A stretch of 64,000 nucleotides of DNA from Terriglobia bacterium (GTDB taxonomy: Bacteria; Acidobacteriota; Terriglobia; Terriglobales; SCQP01), in assembly GCA_021323595.1 (NCBI GenBank), contig JAJPKR010000031.1, positions 13,599 to 77,598 on the forward strand. The letters are read 5' to 3'. Positions within the stretch are counted from its first letter, which is position 1, and each line of letters opens with the position of its first letter. Shown here one piece after another: positions 53,716-64,000 of the stretch. Made by a program: the position numbers and the translations under genes. The notes under the pieces are model-generated. The model was given only the letters and a program-made list of their open reading frames with translations, had not been told where the DNA came from and searched no databases.

Positions 53716-54669
53716 CTAGGCGGGTCGCGCGGCGGCGAGGGCCGCCAGGGTGGCGCGAATGCCTGCGTCGTAGGGAGTCTTGCTCAAGCCGCCGAGCAGG
53801 GCGCGCAGCGCGGAGTCATCCAAGAGCACCGGCGTCTCACGCAGGTAATGCATCTCGATGAGTTCGCGCAGCACGCGATTGAATAGACCGAGCCAGCGCA
53901 GCGTCCAAAGCCCGACCGCCCGCACCTTGGGCGCGCGGCCCACGGCGGCGAAGACTTTGGCGGCGAAATCTCGCGGCGTAATGGGGGCAAAGCCGCCGAG
54001 GTTCCAGGCGCGGCCATAGGCGTTCGGCTGCGCGGCCAGCTGCAGCGCCGTCCTGGCCGCGTCGGGGACGAACACAAACTCCTGCGGCGTGTCGAGGGGC
54101 GCGAGCAGGGGCGCCGCTTTGCCTTGAACCGCGGCGCGGAAAACACCCGCCATGATACTGGTCTCGACGCCGGGGCCGTAAAAATCGGGCAAGCGCAAGA
54201 TCGTGCCGCGGACGCGCCCGCCGGCGTCGGCCGCCAGCAGCAGGTCTTCCTGCTCTTTGCGCATGCGGCCCTTAAACGCCGCCGGTTCGCGCGGATGGTC
54301 CTCGCGCACCGGCGTGGTTTGCGGTACGCCGTAGGAGTACACGGTGCCGACGAGCAGGATGCGGGCAACGTTTTCGGCCGCGGCCGCGTCGAGCACTTGC
54401 CGCATCAACGCGGGATATCGGCCAAAGCCCGAGTAGGGCAAGCCGACCAAGAAAAATACCGTTTGGGCGCCGCGGAGCGCCGCGCGCACGGACGCCGGCT
54501 CGTCGGGATTCCAAGTGCAGAACTCAGCTTCGGGAGAGCCGGCGAAGGTCTCCGCCAGGCGCGAGCGGGAGCGGGCAACGGCCCGGAACGGGCGGCCGGC
54601 GGCGCGCAGTTCGGCACCCAGCGCCCGGCCCATGGCTCCGGTGGCGCCGAGCAGGACGATCTCAGGCAT
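53716..54669 (-). CDS. NAD-dependent epimerase/dehydratase (extended SDR) family protein
   Basis: N-terminal Rossmann motif IVLLGATGAMGRAL; 317 aa. Confidence 0.75.
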   Translation of the reverse strand: MPEIVLLGATGAMGRALGAELRAAGRPFRAVARSRSRLAETFAGSPEAEFCTWNPDEPASVRAALRGAQTVFFLVGLPYSGFGRYPALMRQVLDAAAAENVARILLVGTVYSYGVPQTTPVREDHPREPAAFKGRMRKEQEDLLLAADAGGRVRGTILRLPDFYGPGVETSIMAGVFRAAVQGKAAPLLAPLDTPQEFVFVPDAARTALQLAAQPNAYGRAWNLGGFAPITPRDFAAKVFAAVGRAPKVRAVGLWTLRWLGLFNRVLRELIEMHYLRETPVLLDDSALRALLGGLSKTPYDAGIRATLAALAAARPA

Positions 54670-54711
54670 GGCGGGAGCTTTCGGGGACGGGGCCAGGAGG
54701 CATGGTCCCGG

Positions 54712-55170
54712 CTAGTCCGCCCGCAGGAATTGGGATTCGAGCGCTTGCACCTTGGCCAAGCGCCGAACATGGCGCTCGGCGCCGCTGAAGACGGCTTCCA
54801 AGTAAATGCGGACGAGGTCGCGGGCGAGCTCGGTGGCGATCACGCGCGAGCCCAGGACCAGCACGTTCATGCGGTCGTGCTCGACGCCCTGGTGCGCGGA
54901 ATAGCAATCGTGGCAAACGGCGGCGCGAATCCCGGGAAACTTATTGGCGGCGACGGAGGCGCCCACGCCACTGCCGCAAATCAGCACGCCGCGCTCGGCG
55001 CGGCCTGCGCGCACCGCCTCGGCCACCGCCGCGGCGAAATCGGGATAATCCACCGGCGCTTCGCTGGCGGTGCCGACATCGAGCGTTTCGTGGCCGAGCG
55101 AGCGGACGTAGTCGAGCAAATGGCTCTTGAGCTCGAAACCGGCGTGATCGGAACCCAGCACCACTCGCAC
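54712..55170 (-). CDS. rpiB: Ribose-5-phosphate isomerase B (RpiB/LacAB family)
   Basis: GTG 55170 with AAGGAG 6 nt upstream. Motifs VVLGSDHAGFELK and LICGSGVGASVAANK. The track ORF's upstream 90 codons are Arg/Ser-rich shadow sequence. Confidence 0.85.
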   Translation of the reverse strand: MRVVLGSDHAGFELKSHLLDYVRSLGHETLDVGTASEAPVDYPDFAAAVAEAVRAGRAERGVLICGSGVGASVAANKFPGIRAAVCHDCYSAHQGVEHDRMNVLVLGSRVIATELARDLVRIYLEAVFSGAERHVRRLAKVQALESQFLRAD

Positions 55171-55189
55171 GCACCGCTCCTTACGCCGG

Positions 55190-55681
55190 CTACTCCCCGC
55201 TCCCCGGCTCCTCTTCCGACTCCGATTGCTTTTGCGCTTGCAGTTCCTCGGCAGCCTTCTTCTGCGCGGCTGCCTTGCGTTCCATGCGTTCGGCGCGGCG
55301 CTGCTTCTTGGCCTGCTGCGCCTTTTCGCTGCCCAGGTATTCGATGAACGCCAATTCGGCGTTATCGCCGGCGCGGAATCCGCTCTTGATGATGCGCGTG
55401 TAGCCGCCGGCGCGGTCGCCGAAGCGCGGCGCGATATCTTCAAAGAGCTTGGCCACGGCCTTGGGATCTTGAAGATAAGAAGCCGCCTGGCGCCGCGCGT
55501 GGAGGGTGCCGGTCTTGCCCAGGGTCACCATGCGCTCGGCCCAGGGGCGAATCGCCTTGGCCTTGGGCACGGTAGTCTGCACCCGCTCCTCGAGCACCAG
55601 CGACGTGACCAGGTTGCGCAGCAGGGCGCGACGATGCGAGGTATTGCGCCCGAGTTTGTAGCCCGCGTTGCGATGTCGCAT
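55190..55681 (-). CDS. rplQ: 50S ribosomal protein L17 (with Lys/Glu-rich C-terminal extension)
   Basis: [24 protein letters not shown]... from ATG 55681. 163 aa; the tail is [45 protein letters not shown]. Confidence 0.95.
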   Translation of the reverse strand: MRHRNAGYKLGRNTSHRRALLRNLVTSLVLEERVQTTVPKAKAIRPWAERMVTLGKTGTLHARRQAASYLQDPKAVAKLFEDIAPRFGDRAGGYTRIIKSGFRAGDNAELAFIEYLGSEKAQQAKKQRRAERMERKAAAQKKAAEELQAQKQSESEEEPGSGE

Positions 55682-55685
55682 TTCG

Positions 55686-56684
55686 CTATCCCACGCTGGT
55701 TTCGGCGCTGCCCGGCACGGGATTGCCATGCTCGTCGATGCGCATGCCCAGCGACAGGCCCATGCTCGCCAAGATCTCCTTGATCTCGTTGAGCGACTTG
55801 CGGCCGAAGTTCTTGGTTTTGAGCATTTCGCTTTCGGTCTTTTGCACAAGTTCGCCGATGGTCTGAATATTGGCGTTCTTCAGGCAATTGTAGGAGCGGA
55901 CCGAAAGCTCCAACTCCTCGACGGAGCGGTTCAAATTGTCGTTGCGCAGCTGCAGGGCGCTGCTGTCGTACTCGCTCTGCTCGGGCGATTCCTCGAAGTT
56001 GATGAAGATGTTCATGTGGTCCTTCAGCAGCTTCGCGGCCAAGCCGACGGCGTCGGCCGGGCGCACGGCGCCGTTGGTCCAAACTTCGAGGGTGAGCCGT
56101 TCGTAATCAGTGGTCTGGCCCAGGCGGGCGGCATCGACGGTGTAGTTGGCCTTGCGCACCGGCGAATGGACGCTATCGATGGGAATGAAACCGAGGGCGA
56201 GGTCGTCGTCGTAGTTGCGGTCGGCGGAGACATAGCCGCGGCCGACTTTCAAGCGCAGTTCCATGTCCAGACTGCCGCTCTCGCTGACGGTGGCAATGTA
56301 GATGTTCTTGTCGAGCACCTCCACGTCGCCATCGGTATCGAGCATGCCTGAGGTCACGACACCCGGCCGATCGGCGCGCAAGTAAATGTGCTTGGGCCCA
56401 TCCACGTTCAACCGGAAGGGAACCTGTTTGAGGTTCAAGATGATGTCGGTCGCGTCTTCGACGACGCCAGGAATCGACTGAAATTCGTGGCTGACGCCCT
56501 CGATGCGAACGGCGGTGATCGCACCGCCCTCGATCGAGCTCAGCAGCACGCGGCGAAGGGCGTTGCCGATAGTATTGCCGAAGCCGCGTTCGAAGGGCTG
56601 GGCGGTGAATTTGCCGTAGCGATCGGTCAGGGTTTCTTGTTCGGCGGCGAGGCGCTTGGGCTTTTGAAAGCCTTTCCAAAGCAT
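55686..56684 (-). CDS. rpoA: DNA-directed RNA polymerase alpha subunit
   Basis: [12 protein letters not shown]...[25 protein letters not shown]... and C-terminal domain [26 protein letters not shown] 56684 (GGAGG 11 nt upstream); ATG 56693 is an alternative. Confidence 0.95.
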   Translation of the reverse strand: MLWKGFQKPKRLAAEQETLTDRYGKFTAQPFERGFGNTIGNALRRVLLSSIEGGAITAVRIEGVSHEFQSIPGVVEDATDIILNLKQVPFRLNVDGPKHIYLRADRPGVVTSGMLDTDGDVEVLDKNIYIATVSESGSLDMELRLKVGRGYVSADRNYDDDLALGFIPIDSVHSPVRKANYTVDAARLGQTTDYERLTLEVWTNGAVRPADAVGLAAKLLKDHMNIFINFEESPEQSEYDSSALQLRNDNLNRSVEELELSVRSYNCLKNANIQTIGELVQKTESEMLKTKNFGRKSLNEIKEILASMGLSLGMRIDEHGNPVPGSAETSVG

Positions 56685-56707
56685 GGGTGTCATTGCCTCC
56701 AAATCGG

Positions 56708-57337
56708 CTACTTGCTGTACAACTCCACGATCATTTGTTCTTGAATGGGCAGGCTGGCGTCCTCGCGTTTGGGAACGCTCAGCACGCGCCCGGACAACTG
56801 CTCGCGGCTGACTTCCAGCCAAGCGGGCAGGCCCTGATGGCTGGCGAACTCGAGGGCGCTCAAAATGGCCGGGTTCTGGCGGCTGCCTTCGCGCACGGCG
56901 ATGGTCTCCCCGACCGCGACCTGATAGCTGGGGATATTGACTTTGCGGCCGTTGACCGTGATGTGACCATGGCGCACGAGCTGCCGCGCCTGGGCGCGGG
57001 AGGTGGCGAAGCCGAGGCGATAGACGACATTGTCGAGGCGGGCCTCCAACTGGCGCAGCAAGTGCTCGCCGGTAACCCCGGCGCGGCGGCTCGCACGCTC
57101 GAAGTAGCCGCGGAATTGCCGCTCCAGCACGCCGTAGACACGCCGCGTCTTTTGCTTTTCCCGCAATTGCAAGCCGTAGCCGACCAGCTTGGGGCGGCGA
57201 TCCTTGCCGTGCTGGCCGGGCGCGAAATTGCGCTTCTCGACCGGGCACTTGCTGGAAAAGCACTTTTCGCCCTTGAGAAACAGTTTCATGCCCTCGCGCC
57301 GGCAGAGGCGGCAAACGGGGCCGGTATAACGTGCCAT
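56708..57337 (-). CDS. rpsD: 30S ribosomal protein S4
   Basis: [26 protein letters not shown]...; 209 aa. Confidence 0.96.
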   Translation of the reverse strand: MARYTGPVCRLCRREGMKLFLKGEKCFSSKCPVEKRNFAPGQHGKDRRPKLVGYGLQLREKQKTRRVYGVLERQFRGYFERASRRAGVTGEHLLRQLEARLDNVVYRLGFATSRAQARQLVRHGHITVNGRKVNIPSYQVAVGETIAVREGSRQNPAILSALEFASHQGLPAWLEVSREQLSGRVLSVPKREDASLPIQEQMIVELYSK

Positions 57338-57353
57338 AGAAAGACTCTCTCCC

Positions 57354-57764
57354 TTAGACGCGGCGCTTCTTGGGCGGCCGGCACCCGTTGTGAGGAATGG
57401 GCGTGACGTCCTTGATGACCCGCACGTCGAGGCCGGCGGTGGCGAGCGAACGGATGGCGGTTTCGCGCCCCGAACCCGGCCCACTCACGCGCACCTCGAC
57501 GGTGCGCAGGCCCATATCGCGGGCGACACCGCCGGCACGCAGCGCCGCCTGGCCGGCGGCAAACGGCGTGCCCTTGCGCGAGCCGCGAAACCCCAGGGCG
57601 CCGGCGCTCGACCAAGCGATCACCTTGCCCTCCGGGTCGGTAATCGTGACCAGGGTGTTGTTGAACGTGGCCTGGATGTACACCACGCCCACGGGCACGT
57701 GGCGCCGCTCCTTTTTCTTGAACGACTTTTTCTTGCCTGCCGGCTTTGCCGCTGGCTTCGCCAT
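57354..57764 (-). CDS. rpsK: 30S ribosomal protein S11
   Basis: ...[30 protein letters not shown]...[13 protein letters not shown]. Confidence 0.96.
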   Translation of the reverse strand: MAKPAAKPAGKKKSFKKKERRHVPVGVVYIQATFNNTLVTITDPEGKVIAWSSAGALGFRGSRKGTPFAAGQAALRAGGVARDMGLRTVEVRVSGPGSGRETAIRSLATAGLDVRVIKDVTPIPHNGCRPPKKRRV

Positions 57765-57782
57765 GGGATTCGTTCTCGCTCC

Positions 57783-58169
57783 TTAGGTTTTGGCCGTAGC
57801 CTTCTTCTTGTTGGCGATGGTGCCCTTGCGCGGGCCCTTGCGCGTGCGCGCGTTGGTGTGCGTGCGCTGGCCCCGCACCGGCAAGCTGCGGCGATGGCGC
57901 AACCCGCGGTAGGAGCCGATCTCGATCAGCCGCTTGACGTTGACCGCGATCTCCTTGCGCAAGTCGCCTTCGACGCCGCCCTGGCTTTCGATGACCTGCC
58001 GAATGCGATTGACCTCTTCCTCGCTCAGCTCCTCGACCTTCTTACCCGGCTCGACGTTCGCCTGAGCCAGAATGGCCAACGCGCGGGCGCGGCCGATCCC
58101 GTAAATGTAAGTCAGGGCGATCTCCGCGCGTTTTTGCCGCGGTAAATCCACGCCTGCGATGCGAGCCAT
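57783..58169 (-). CDS. rpsM: 30S ribosomal protein S13
   Basis: [26 protein letters not shown]...[21 protein letters not shown]. Confidence 0.96.
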   Translation of the reverse strand: MARIAGVDLPRQKRAEIALTYIYGIGRARALAILAQANVEPGKKVEELSEEEVNRIRQVIESQGGVEGDLRKEIAVNVKRLIEIGSYRGLRHRRSLPVRGQRTHTNARTRKGPRKGTIANKKKATAKT

Positions 58170-58191
58170 ACCTAATCCCTTTCCGGCGGCC

Positions 58192-58305
58192 TCAGCCCTG
58201 CCGCTGCTTATGCTTCGGGTTTTCGCAGATCACGCGCACCACGCCCTTGCGGTGCACGATCTTGCACTTGGCGCAAATCTTCTTCACCGATGCTCGAACT
58301 TTCAT
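58192..58305 (-). CDS. rpmJ: 50S ribosomal protein L36
   Basis: Not in the ORF track (too short). Minus strand translates [37 protein letters not shown] with stop. Confidence 0.9.
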   Translation of the reverse strand: MKVRASVKKICAKCKIVHRKGVVRVICENPKHKQRQG

Positions 58306-58323
58306 ATCCGGGCTCCGCTCCGG

Positions 58324-58542
58324 CTACTTGTAGCGGTAGACGATGCGACCGCGCGTCAGGTCGTAAGGAGACAGCTCGATGGCCACGCGATCCCCGGGAA
58401 GAATGCGGATGAAATTCTTGCGCATTTTGCCGCTGATGTGGGCCAGCACCTGATGCTTGTTTTCCAGTTCCACACGGAACGTGGCGTTGGGCAGGGGCTC
58501 CAGCACGGTGCCCATGACTTCGATCGCGTCTTCCTTACTCAT
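58324..58542 (-). CDS. infA: Translation initiation factor IF-1
   Basis: [53 protein letters not shown]... Confidence 0.96.
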   Translation of the reverse strand: MSKEDAIEVMGTVLEPLPNATFRVELENKHQVLAHISGKMRKNFIRILPGDRVAIELSPYDLTRGRIVYRYK

Positions 58543-58584
58543 AGCCTCCTATCGCTTCGTCGTTCTCTCTCCGCCGGCGCCGGC

Positions 58585-59343
58585 TCACGGCTGGGTCAAA
58601 ATCCACGGCCCATCCTTGGTGATGGCGACGGTGTGCTCGAAGTGAGCGGAATAACCGCCGTCGGCGGTGACCGCGGTCCAGCCATCGGGCATCATTCTCA
58701 CTTCCGCCGAGCCTTGGTTCACCATGGGCTCGATCGCCAGCACCATGCCTTCGCGCAGTTTCGGCCCCGACCCCGGGGCACCGAAGTTGGGGATCTGCGG
58801 CTCTTCGTGCAGGTGGGTGCCGATGCCGTGTCCGACGAACTCGCGCACCACACTGAACCCCGAGGCCTCCACGTGCCGCTGCACGGCATGGGAGATATCG
58901 CCCAGGTAGTTTCCCGGCCTCGCCACCTCGATGGCCGCCGCCAGCGACTCGCGGGTGGCATCCAATAGCCGGCGGAGCGACGGCGAGAGCAACTCCTCGC
59001 CGCCGGCGACGGTTGTCATCGCAGCGTCGCCGTAATATCCGTCCAGCACCACGCCGCAGTCCAGCGAAACCACATCCCCCGCGGCCAAGATGCGCTTGCG
59101 CGTGGGAATGCCGTGGACCACCTGGTCGTTCACCGACGCGCAGAGCACGCAGGGATAACCGCGATAGCCGCGAAAGGCCGGCGTCGCTCCCCGCTCCTTG
59201 ATCGCACGCTGCGCGATCTCTTCCAAATCCCAGGTGCTCACGCCCGGCCGCACCGCTGCCGCGACGGAGCGCAAGACTTCATGCACAACCAGGCCGCTGC
59301 GGCGCAGCCGTTCCAGTTCTTGGGGGGAGCGGCGCACGATCAT
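58585..59343 (-). CDS. map: Methionine aminopeptidase type I
   Basis: ATG 59343 overlaps the adk stop (ATGA). Motifs CASVNDQVVHGIP, DCGVVLDGYYGD, FVGHGIG and FEHTVAIT. Confidence 0.93.
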   Translation of the reverse strand: MIVRRSPQELERLRRSGLVVHEVLRSVAAAVRPGVSTWDLEEIAQRAIKERGATPAFRGYRGYPCVLCASVNDQVVHGIPTRKRILAAGDVVSLDCGVVLDGYYGDAAMTTVAGGEELLSPSLRRLLDATRESLAAAIEVARPGNYLGDISHAVQRHVEASGFSVVREFVGHGIGTHLHEEPQIPNFGAPGSGPKLREGMVLAIEPMVNQGSAEVRMMPDGWTAVTADGGYSAHFEHTVAITKDGPWILTQP

Positions 59344-60146
59344 TCCGCCGCGCCCCGGCAGGCCGCAAGCGCCCCGAACACGTTGGCCGTGACCCGGTCG
59401 ATGGGATCGGTTCCCAGGATCTGATGAAAGCACGAGCACCGCCGCAGATACTCGATCAACGGCAGAGTTTGCTCTTCGTAGGCAATAAGGCGCTCTCGAA
59501 CCACTTGGGGGTCGTCGTCCCGGCGTTGCTGCAACTCCGTCCCGTCCACGTCGCACCGGCCCGCCACGCGGGGCGGCTGGGTGGCATCGTTGTAGATGCG
59601 TCCGCAGGAGGGACAGAACCGGCGTCCGGCGAGACGCCGATAAAGCTCATTATAGCCCACGGTCAAATAGATCACAATCAGCCCGCACGGTCCGAGCATG
59701 CCGTTTTCGTCCAGAAAGCCGCGCAGCCATTCCGCCTGGGCGACGGTGCGGGGGAAGCCGTCCAGGATGCAGCCGCGGCGGCAATCCGGCAGCAGCAAGC
59801 GCGCCGCCACGATCTCGCAAACCAACTCATCGGGCACCAGTTCGCCCTTTTCCATGTAGCCCGCCAATTCGCGTCCGGCGGGCGTGCCAGCGGCGACGGC
59901 GGCGCGAAAGATGTCCCCGGTCGAGATTTGGGGCAGCCCGAAGCGTTCGACGATGCGGCGCGCCTGCGTGCCCTTGCCGGCGCCCGGCACCCCCAGCATC
60001 ACGATCGGCCCGAGCGAATCCGCGGGGGCGCCGCCCGGCGCCGCCGCATCCGGGCGCCGGCGCGGCTGGGCGGATTCGGCCGAGGGGTCCTCCCGCCGGG
60101 CGAGCAGGGCAAACGGGCGAAACCGCACGGCCGTGATCGTCGCCAT
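59340..60146 (-). CDS. adk: Adenylate kinase (Zn-lid type); start uncertain
   Basis: P-loop GVPGAGKGTQ, FPRTVAQA, lid CPSCGRIY...CDVDG. The ORF from ATG 60146 places ~45 Ala/Pro/Arg-rich residues before the P-loop. GTG 60002 and ATG 59999 are shorter alternatives. Confidence 0.85.
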   Translation of the reverse strand: MATITAVRFRPFALLARREDPSAESAQPRRRPDAAAPGGAPADSLGPIVMLGVPGAGKGTQARRIVERFGLPQISTGDIFRAAVAAGTPAGRELAGYMEKGELVPDELVCEIVAARLLLPDCRRGCILDGFPRTVAQAEWLRGFLDENGMLGPCGLIVIYLTVGYNELYRRLAGRRFCPSCGRIYNDATQPPRVAGRCDVDGTELQQRRDDDPQVVRERLIAYEEQTLPLIEYLRRCSCFHQILGTDPIDRVTANVFGALAACRGAAE

Positions 60147-60173
60147 CTTGCCCGGTGCGCTCCGCCGGCCCTC

Positions 60174-61583
60174 CTAGACCCACGTCGCGCGCCGGCCGCG
60201 AATCCGCGTGGAGCGCGTCGTAAAGCCCTCGTAATGACGCATGATGAGCTGCGCCTCGACCTGCTGCACCGTGTCCATGGCCACGCCGACCACGATCAGC
60301 AACGAGGTGCCGCCGAAATAGAAGGTTACGTTCAATCCATTCAGGAACCAGGTCGGCCAGCTTTCGAACCAGTTGCCGATAAAGCCGGGCAGATACTGCA
60401 ACTGCGTGCCGGTCATCAGAAACTGCGGCAGCAGCGAGACCAACACCAGGTAGATGCCGCCCACCAGGGTGATGCGCGTCAAGATCTGATTCAGGTACTC
60501 GGAGGTATGGCGGCCGGGACGGATGCCGGGAATGAAGCCGCCGTACTTGCGCATATTGTCGGCCACTTCCACGGGATTGAAGATGATCGAAACGTAGAAG
60601 TAGGCGAAAAAGATGATGCCCACACAGTAGATCACGGTGTAGAGCGGACGGCCGAAGCCCAGGGCCGCGAAGGCCTGCGAGAAGAACGGGCTGTTCTTGA
60701 CCGCCGGCAGCAGGCTGGCAGTCTGCGGAAAGGTCATGATGGAGGCGGCGAAGATCACCGGCATGACGCCGCCGCTATTGACCCGAATGGGCAAATGGGT
60801 GGACTGGCCGCCCATCAGCTTGCGGCCGACGATGCGCTTGGCGTACTGGACCGGCACCCGGCGCTCGCTGCGCTCGACCCAGACGATGAACGCCACCACC
60901 GCCACCATCATGATCAGCAGCAGCAGGACGGCGGGCACGGTCAGCGGGCCGTAGGCCGAGGTGGTGACCTTATTCCACAGATCCTCGATGGCGCCGGGCA
61001 GGCCGACGACGATGCCGGCGAAGATCAACAGCGACATGCCGTTGCCGATGCCGCGCTCGGTGATCTGCTCGCCCAGCCACATCACGAACACGGAGCCGGT
61101 AGTCAGCGTCAGCACGGTCATGAAGAGGAAGCCGGCGCCGGGATGGCGGACGAAGGCGGCGCCGTTATCCGTGTTCTTCATCAGGGTGAAGGCGATCATC
61201 AGGCCCTGAAACACGGACAAGATCACCGTCAAGTAGCGGGTGTACTGGGTAATCTTGCGGCGGCCGAGCTCGCCCTCTTTTTGCAATTTCTCCAGATAGG
61301 GCCAGACCACCGTCATCAGCTCGAGGATGATGGCGGCGGTGATGTAGGGCATGATGCCCAGGGCGAAAACGGTCAAGCTACGGAAGTTGCCGCCGCTGAA
61401 CATATCCAGGTAGCCGAGCAAGGTGCCGGCGTTCTGCTGGAACCATTGGCGCAGGAGGTCGGTATTGATGCCCGGCGTGGGGATATGGGCGCCCAGGCGG
61501 TAGATCGCCAGGATGAAGAAGGTGAACAAGACCCGCTTGCGCAGGTCCGGCACCTTGAAGATGTTGGCGATGGATTTAAACAT
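60174..61583 (-). CDS. secY: Preprotein translocase subunit SecY
   Basis: 469 aa, 10 TM. MFKSIANIFKVPDLRKRVLFT...ITERGIGNGMSLLIFAGI... Confidence 0.96.
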   Translation of the reverse strand: MFKSIANIFKVPDLRKRVLFTFFILAIYRLGAHIPTPGINTDLLRQWFQQNAGTLLGYLDMFSGGNFRSLTVFALGIMPYITAAIILELMTVVWPYLEKLQKEGELGRRKITQYTRYLTVILSVFQGLMIAFTLMKNTDNGAAFVRHPGAGFLFMTVLTLTTGSVFVMWLGEQITERGIGNGMSLLIFAGIVVGLPGAIEDLWNKVTTSAYGPLTVPAVLLLLIMMVAVVAFIVWVERSERRVPVQYAKRIVGRKLMGGQSTHLPIRVNSGGVMPVIFAASIMTFPQTASLLPAVKNSPFFSQAFAALGFGRPLYTVIYCVGIIFFAYFYVSIIFNPVEVADNMRKYGGFIPGIRPGRHTSEYLNQILTRITLVGGIYLVLVSLLPQFLMTGTQLQYLPGFIGNWFESWPTWFLNGLNVTFYFGGTSLLIVVGVAMDTVQQVEAQLIMRHYEGFTTRSTRIRGRRATWV

Positions 61584-61607
61584 CGAAACGGCTCGAATCC
61601 TCCGCCG

Positions 61608-62048
61608 CTACGGCAGCAGCTCGGCTTTGCCCCCGGCTTTTTCTATTTTCTCCCGGGCGGCCCGGGAAAAGGCGTGCGCGCTCACCCGCAACGGGCGATC
61701 CACCACGCCGTTGGCGAGCACCTTGACGCCATCCTCGACGTGGCGGATGACGCCGCGGTCGAGCAGCACCGCGGGCGTGATCTCCTCGACGCCGAGCCCG
61801 GCCAGGCGGTCCAAGTTCACCTGGGCCCAGCGCTTGCGAAAGGGGTTGTGAAACCCGCGCTTGGGCAAGCGGCGATGGAGGGGCATCTGCCCGCCCTCGA
61901 AGCCGCGCACCAGGCGATGTCCGGAGCGCGAGCGCTGCCCTTTGTGGCCGCGGGTGGCAGTTTTGCCGTGGCCGCTGCCCATGCCCCGCCCGACGCGCTT
62001 GCGCGGATGGGTGGCGCCTTTCGGCTTGCGAATTTGGCTCAGATTCAT
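61608..62048 (-). CDS. rplO: 50S ribosomal protein L15
   Basis: [38 protein letters not shown]... Confidence 0.95.
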   Translation of the reverse strand: MNLSQIRKPKGATHPRKRVGRGMGSGHGKTATRGHKGQRSRSGHRLVRGFEGGQMPLHRRLPKRGFHNPFRKRWAQVNLDRLAGLGVEEITPAVLLDRGVIRHVEDGVKVLANGVVDRPLRVSAHAFSRAAREKIEKAGGKAELLP

Positions 62049-62323
62049 TGGTCGGTTCCTATTTGCCGCCGCCCGCGCGCGTCGGGCTCGCCCGGCGCCA
62101 AGATGCGCACCAGATGAGGCACCTTGGCGACCATGCCGCGGATGCCCGGCGTGTCAGGGCGCACGCGCACCTGGCGCAGTTTGGTAAAGCCCAAGCCCCG
62201 CACGATCAGCTTTTGCCGCCAGCTCCGTCCGATGGCGGAGCGGTAGTATTCCAGCCGCAGGGTTTTCGCGGCGGAGTCGGCCGGCGCCGCTTTAGCCGCT
62301 CGGGGCTGCTTTTGGGTTGCCAT
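62045..62323 (-). CDS. rpmD: 50S ribosomal protein L30 (extended at both ends)
   Basis: Core [57 protein letters not shown] 62323 has GGAGG 7 nt upstream. Stop overlaps the rplO ATG. Confidence 0.88.
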   Translation of the reverse strand: MATQKQPRAAKAAPADSAAKTLRLEYYRSAIGRSWRQKLIVRGLGFTKLRQVRVRPDTPGIRGMVAKVPHLVRILAPGEPDARGRRQIGTDQ

Positions 62324-62338
62324 CGCCTTGCCTCCGCC

Positions 62339-62848
62339 CTACAGTTCCGCCGCCGCCTTGCCGCGCAGCCCGGCGACCGCCTCGCGGTCGCGCAACTGCC
62401 GCAGCGCGGCGAAAGTCGCCTTGATAACGTTATGCGGATTGGTGGTGCCGATGCTCTTGGTGAGCACGTTGGAGATTCCCGCCGATTCCATCACCGCGCG
62501 CACGGCGCCGCCGGCAATGACGCCGGTGCCTTCGGCAGCGGGCTTGAGCAGCACGCGGCCGCTGCCGAAGCACCCCAGCACTTGGTGGGGAATGGTGGAG
62601 TCGCGGCGATGAATGCGCACGAGGTTTTTCTTGGCCGCCTCGATGCCCTTGCGAATGGCCTGCGGCACTTCCTTAGCTTTGCCGCTGCCATAGCCCACCA
62701 CCGCCGCCCCGGGATCGCCGACGACCACCAAGGCGCTAAAGGATAGATTCTTGCCGCCCTTGACCACCTTGGTGACGCGGTTGATGGCCACTACCTGGTC
62801 TTTGAGCTGAAATTGATTGGCGTCGAGCCGCTGTCTGATTATCGGCAT
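62339..62848 (-). CDS. rpsE: 30S ribosomal protein S5
   Basis: ATG 62848 (GGAGAT upstream). ...[27 protein letters not shown]... Confidence 0.95.
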   Translation of the reverse strand: MPIIRQRLDANQFQLKDQVVAINRVTKVVKGGKNLSFSALVVVGDPGAAVVGYGSGKAKEVPQAIRKGIEAAKKNLVRIHRRDSTIPHQVLGCFGSGRVLLKPAAEGTGVIAGGAVRAVMESAGISNVLTKSIGTTNPHNVIKATFAALRQLRDREAVAGLRGKAAAEL

Positions 62849-62861
62849 GCTATCTCCGCGC

Positions 62862-63224
62862 CTAGAAGCGCAAACCTCCCTCGCGCGCCGCCTCCGCCAA
62901 GGCCTTGACGCGGCCATGGTAAACATAGCCGCTGCGGTCGAAGACGACGCGTTCGATGCCCTGGGATTTGGCAGCGGCGGCGATCTTTCGTCCCACGGCT
63001 TGCGCCGCCGCGACGTTGCCGCCGCGCCCGGGGTCGTCCTTCTTGCCGAGGCTGGAAACCGCCAACAGGACCCGGCCGCTGTCGTCGTCGATCAACTGCG
63101 CGTAGATATGCTGCAAGGAGCGGAATACGCTCAAGCGCGGCTGCTCGGGCGTCCCCCGCAGCCGCTTGCGCGCCCGCTCGTGGCGCGCGCGCCGGCGTTG
63201 GTTCTTGGAGGTGGAATCGCTCAT
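62862..63224 (-). CDS. rplR: 50S ribosomal protein L18
   Basis: ...[18 protein letters not shown]...[28 protein letters not shown]. Confidence 0.95.
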   Translation of the reverse strand: MSDSTSKNQRRRARHERARKRLRGTPEQPRLSVFRSLQHIYAQLIDDDSGRVLLAVSSLGKKDDPGRGGNVAAAQAVGRKIAAAAKSQGIERVVFDRSGYVYHGRVKALAEAAREGGLRF

Positions 63225-63234
63225 GGCCTTTCTC

Positions 63235-63774
63235 TCACTTGGCTCCCGTCTTGCCGACCTTCTTCTTCAAGCGCTCGCCGGTGTAGCGGACGCCCTTGTT
63301 CTTGTAGGGATCGGGCGGCCGCAGGGCGCGCAGCTCGGCGGCGACCTGCCCCACTTTTTGCCGGTCGATGCCGCGCACGGTGAGGTGCGTCTGCTTGGCA
63401 TCCACCGCGATCTCGATGCCGGGCGGCAGGGGATACTCGATGGGGTGGCTGAAGCCCAGCGTCAGCACGAGCATGTTTTTGTTTTTCACTTCGGCGCGAA
63501 AGCCGACGCCCACGATATCGAGTTCTTTCTGAAATCCGTTTTGCACGCCGTGCACGGCGTTGGCCACCAGGCTGCGGGCCAGGCCATGCAACGCCGCCTG
63601 CTCGTCGTTTTGGCGCACGGCGAGCAAGTGGCCGTTCTCCTGCCGCATGGTGATGCCCGGCGGCAGCGGGACGGTGAGCTTGCCCTTGGGGCCCTCCACG
63701 CCCACCTCGGCCGGCTTGAGCGCGACCTTGACGCCGGCGGGGAGCGGAATCGGTTTGCGTCCTATCCTCGACAT
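63235..63774 (-). CDS. rplF: 50S ribosomal protein L6
   Basis: [17 protein letters not shown]...[15 protein letters not shown]... Confidence 0.95.
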   Translation of the reverse strand: MSRIGRKPIPLPAGVKVALKPAEVGVEGPKGKLTVPLPPGITMRQENGHLLAVRQNDEQAALHGLARSLVANAVHGVQNGFQKELDIVGVGFRAEVKNKNMLVLTLGFSHPIEYPLPPGIEIAVDAKQTHLTVRGIDRQKVGQVAAELRALRPPDPYKNKGVRYTGERLKKKVGKTGAK

Positions 63775-63778
63775 GGCC

Positions 63779-64000
63779 TCACCACACCTCGCACAGCAAT
63801 TCGCCGCCGATGCCGATTTGGCGCGCCTCGCGCCCGGTCATCACGCCGCGCGGCGTGCTGAGAATATTGATTCCCATGCCGCCCAGCACGGGGCGAATCT
63901 GCTTGCGGCCGACATAGACGCGGCAGCCCGGCTTGGAGACGCGCTGCAGATCGCTGATCACCGGCTGATCACTGGCGTCGTACTTAAGGAAGACACGCAG
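63779..64000 (-). CDS. rpsH: 30S ribosomal protein S8 (5' end beyond the window)
   Basis: The frame is open to the right edge: ...[30 protein letters not shown]...GGELLCEVW, stop at 63779-63781. Confidence 0.9.
   Translation of the reverse strand: MRVFLKYDASDQPVISDLQRVSKPGCRVYVGRKQIRPVLGGMGINILSTPRGVMTGREARQIGIGGELLCEVW

Noticed and set aside
54712-55681. rpiB immediately downstream of rplQ as a functional linkage.
   Set aside because: rpiB has its own SD/GTG start, and there is no known functional link. It is most likely simple adjacency at the end of the ribosomal cluster.

Overview
High-GC bacterial chromosome segment, probably Acidobacteriota. That guess rests on an ADOP-type duplicated FtsX permease, an acidobacterial-type VWFA protein, a CarboxypepD_reg-type TonB receptor and two TPR + CRTAC1/ASPIC-UnbV pairs. 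All calls come from reading the ORF translations and the DNA; no searches were run. Left to right: (1) a metal / nitrosative-stress cluster at 81-6634: a TPCP-type P1B ATPase, RIC/ScdA, DUF2249 and a DUF1858-NnrS fusion. All three promoter regions carry the same TGACA(A/T)AAATCA box. (2) An L-arabinose catabolic island at 7669-20630: GH51 arabinofuranosidase, araB, araD, a FucI-like isomerase, DUF4380, an SSS transporter, a DapA-family enzyme, an aldehyde dehydrogenase and a 2Fe-2S/FAD oxidoreductase pair. (3) Two TPR + CRTAC1 pairs. (4) A PUL-like locus at 26592-37916: TonB receptor divergent from LacI-GH127-unknown-GH31. Its 14-bp palindromic operator recurs exactly in the arabinose island. 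(5) A K+ channel, a 3 x 41-bp hairpin repeat and an acyl-CoA carboxyltransferase. (6) An intact antitoxin next to a frameshifted PIN toxin. (7) A tight four-gene operon: small secreted two-Cys peptide, membrane-anchored propeller-like protein, Cys-less thioredoxin-fold protein and ADOP permease. This is my best candidate for an undescribed system. (8) Housekeeping genes rho, lgt, an RluA-family synthase and a VWA protein, followed by a ~1-kb non-coding gap with stable hairpins and an intrinsic terminator. (9) MerR/TipAS, ogt, an SDR and rpiB, then the rpsH...rplQ ribosomal/secY/adk/map/infA/rpoA cluster, which runs off the right edge. Many long ORFs in the six-frame track are Arg/Ala/Pro/Gly-rich shadow frames of real genes and were not called.
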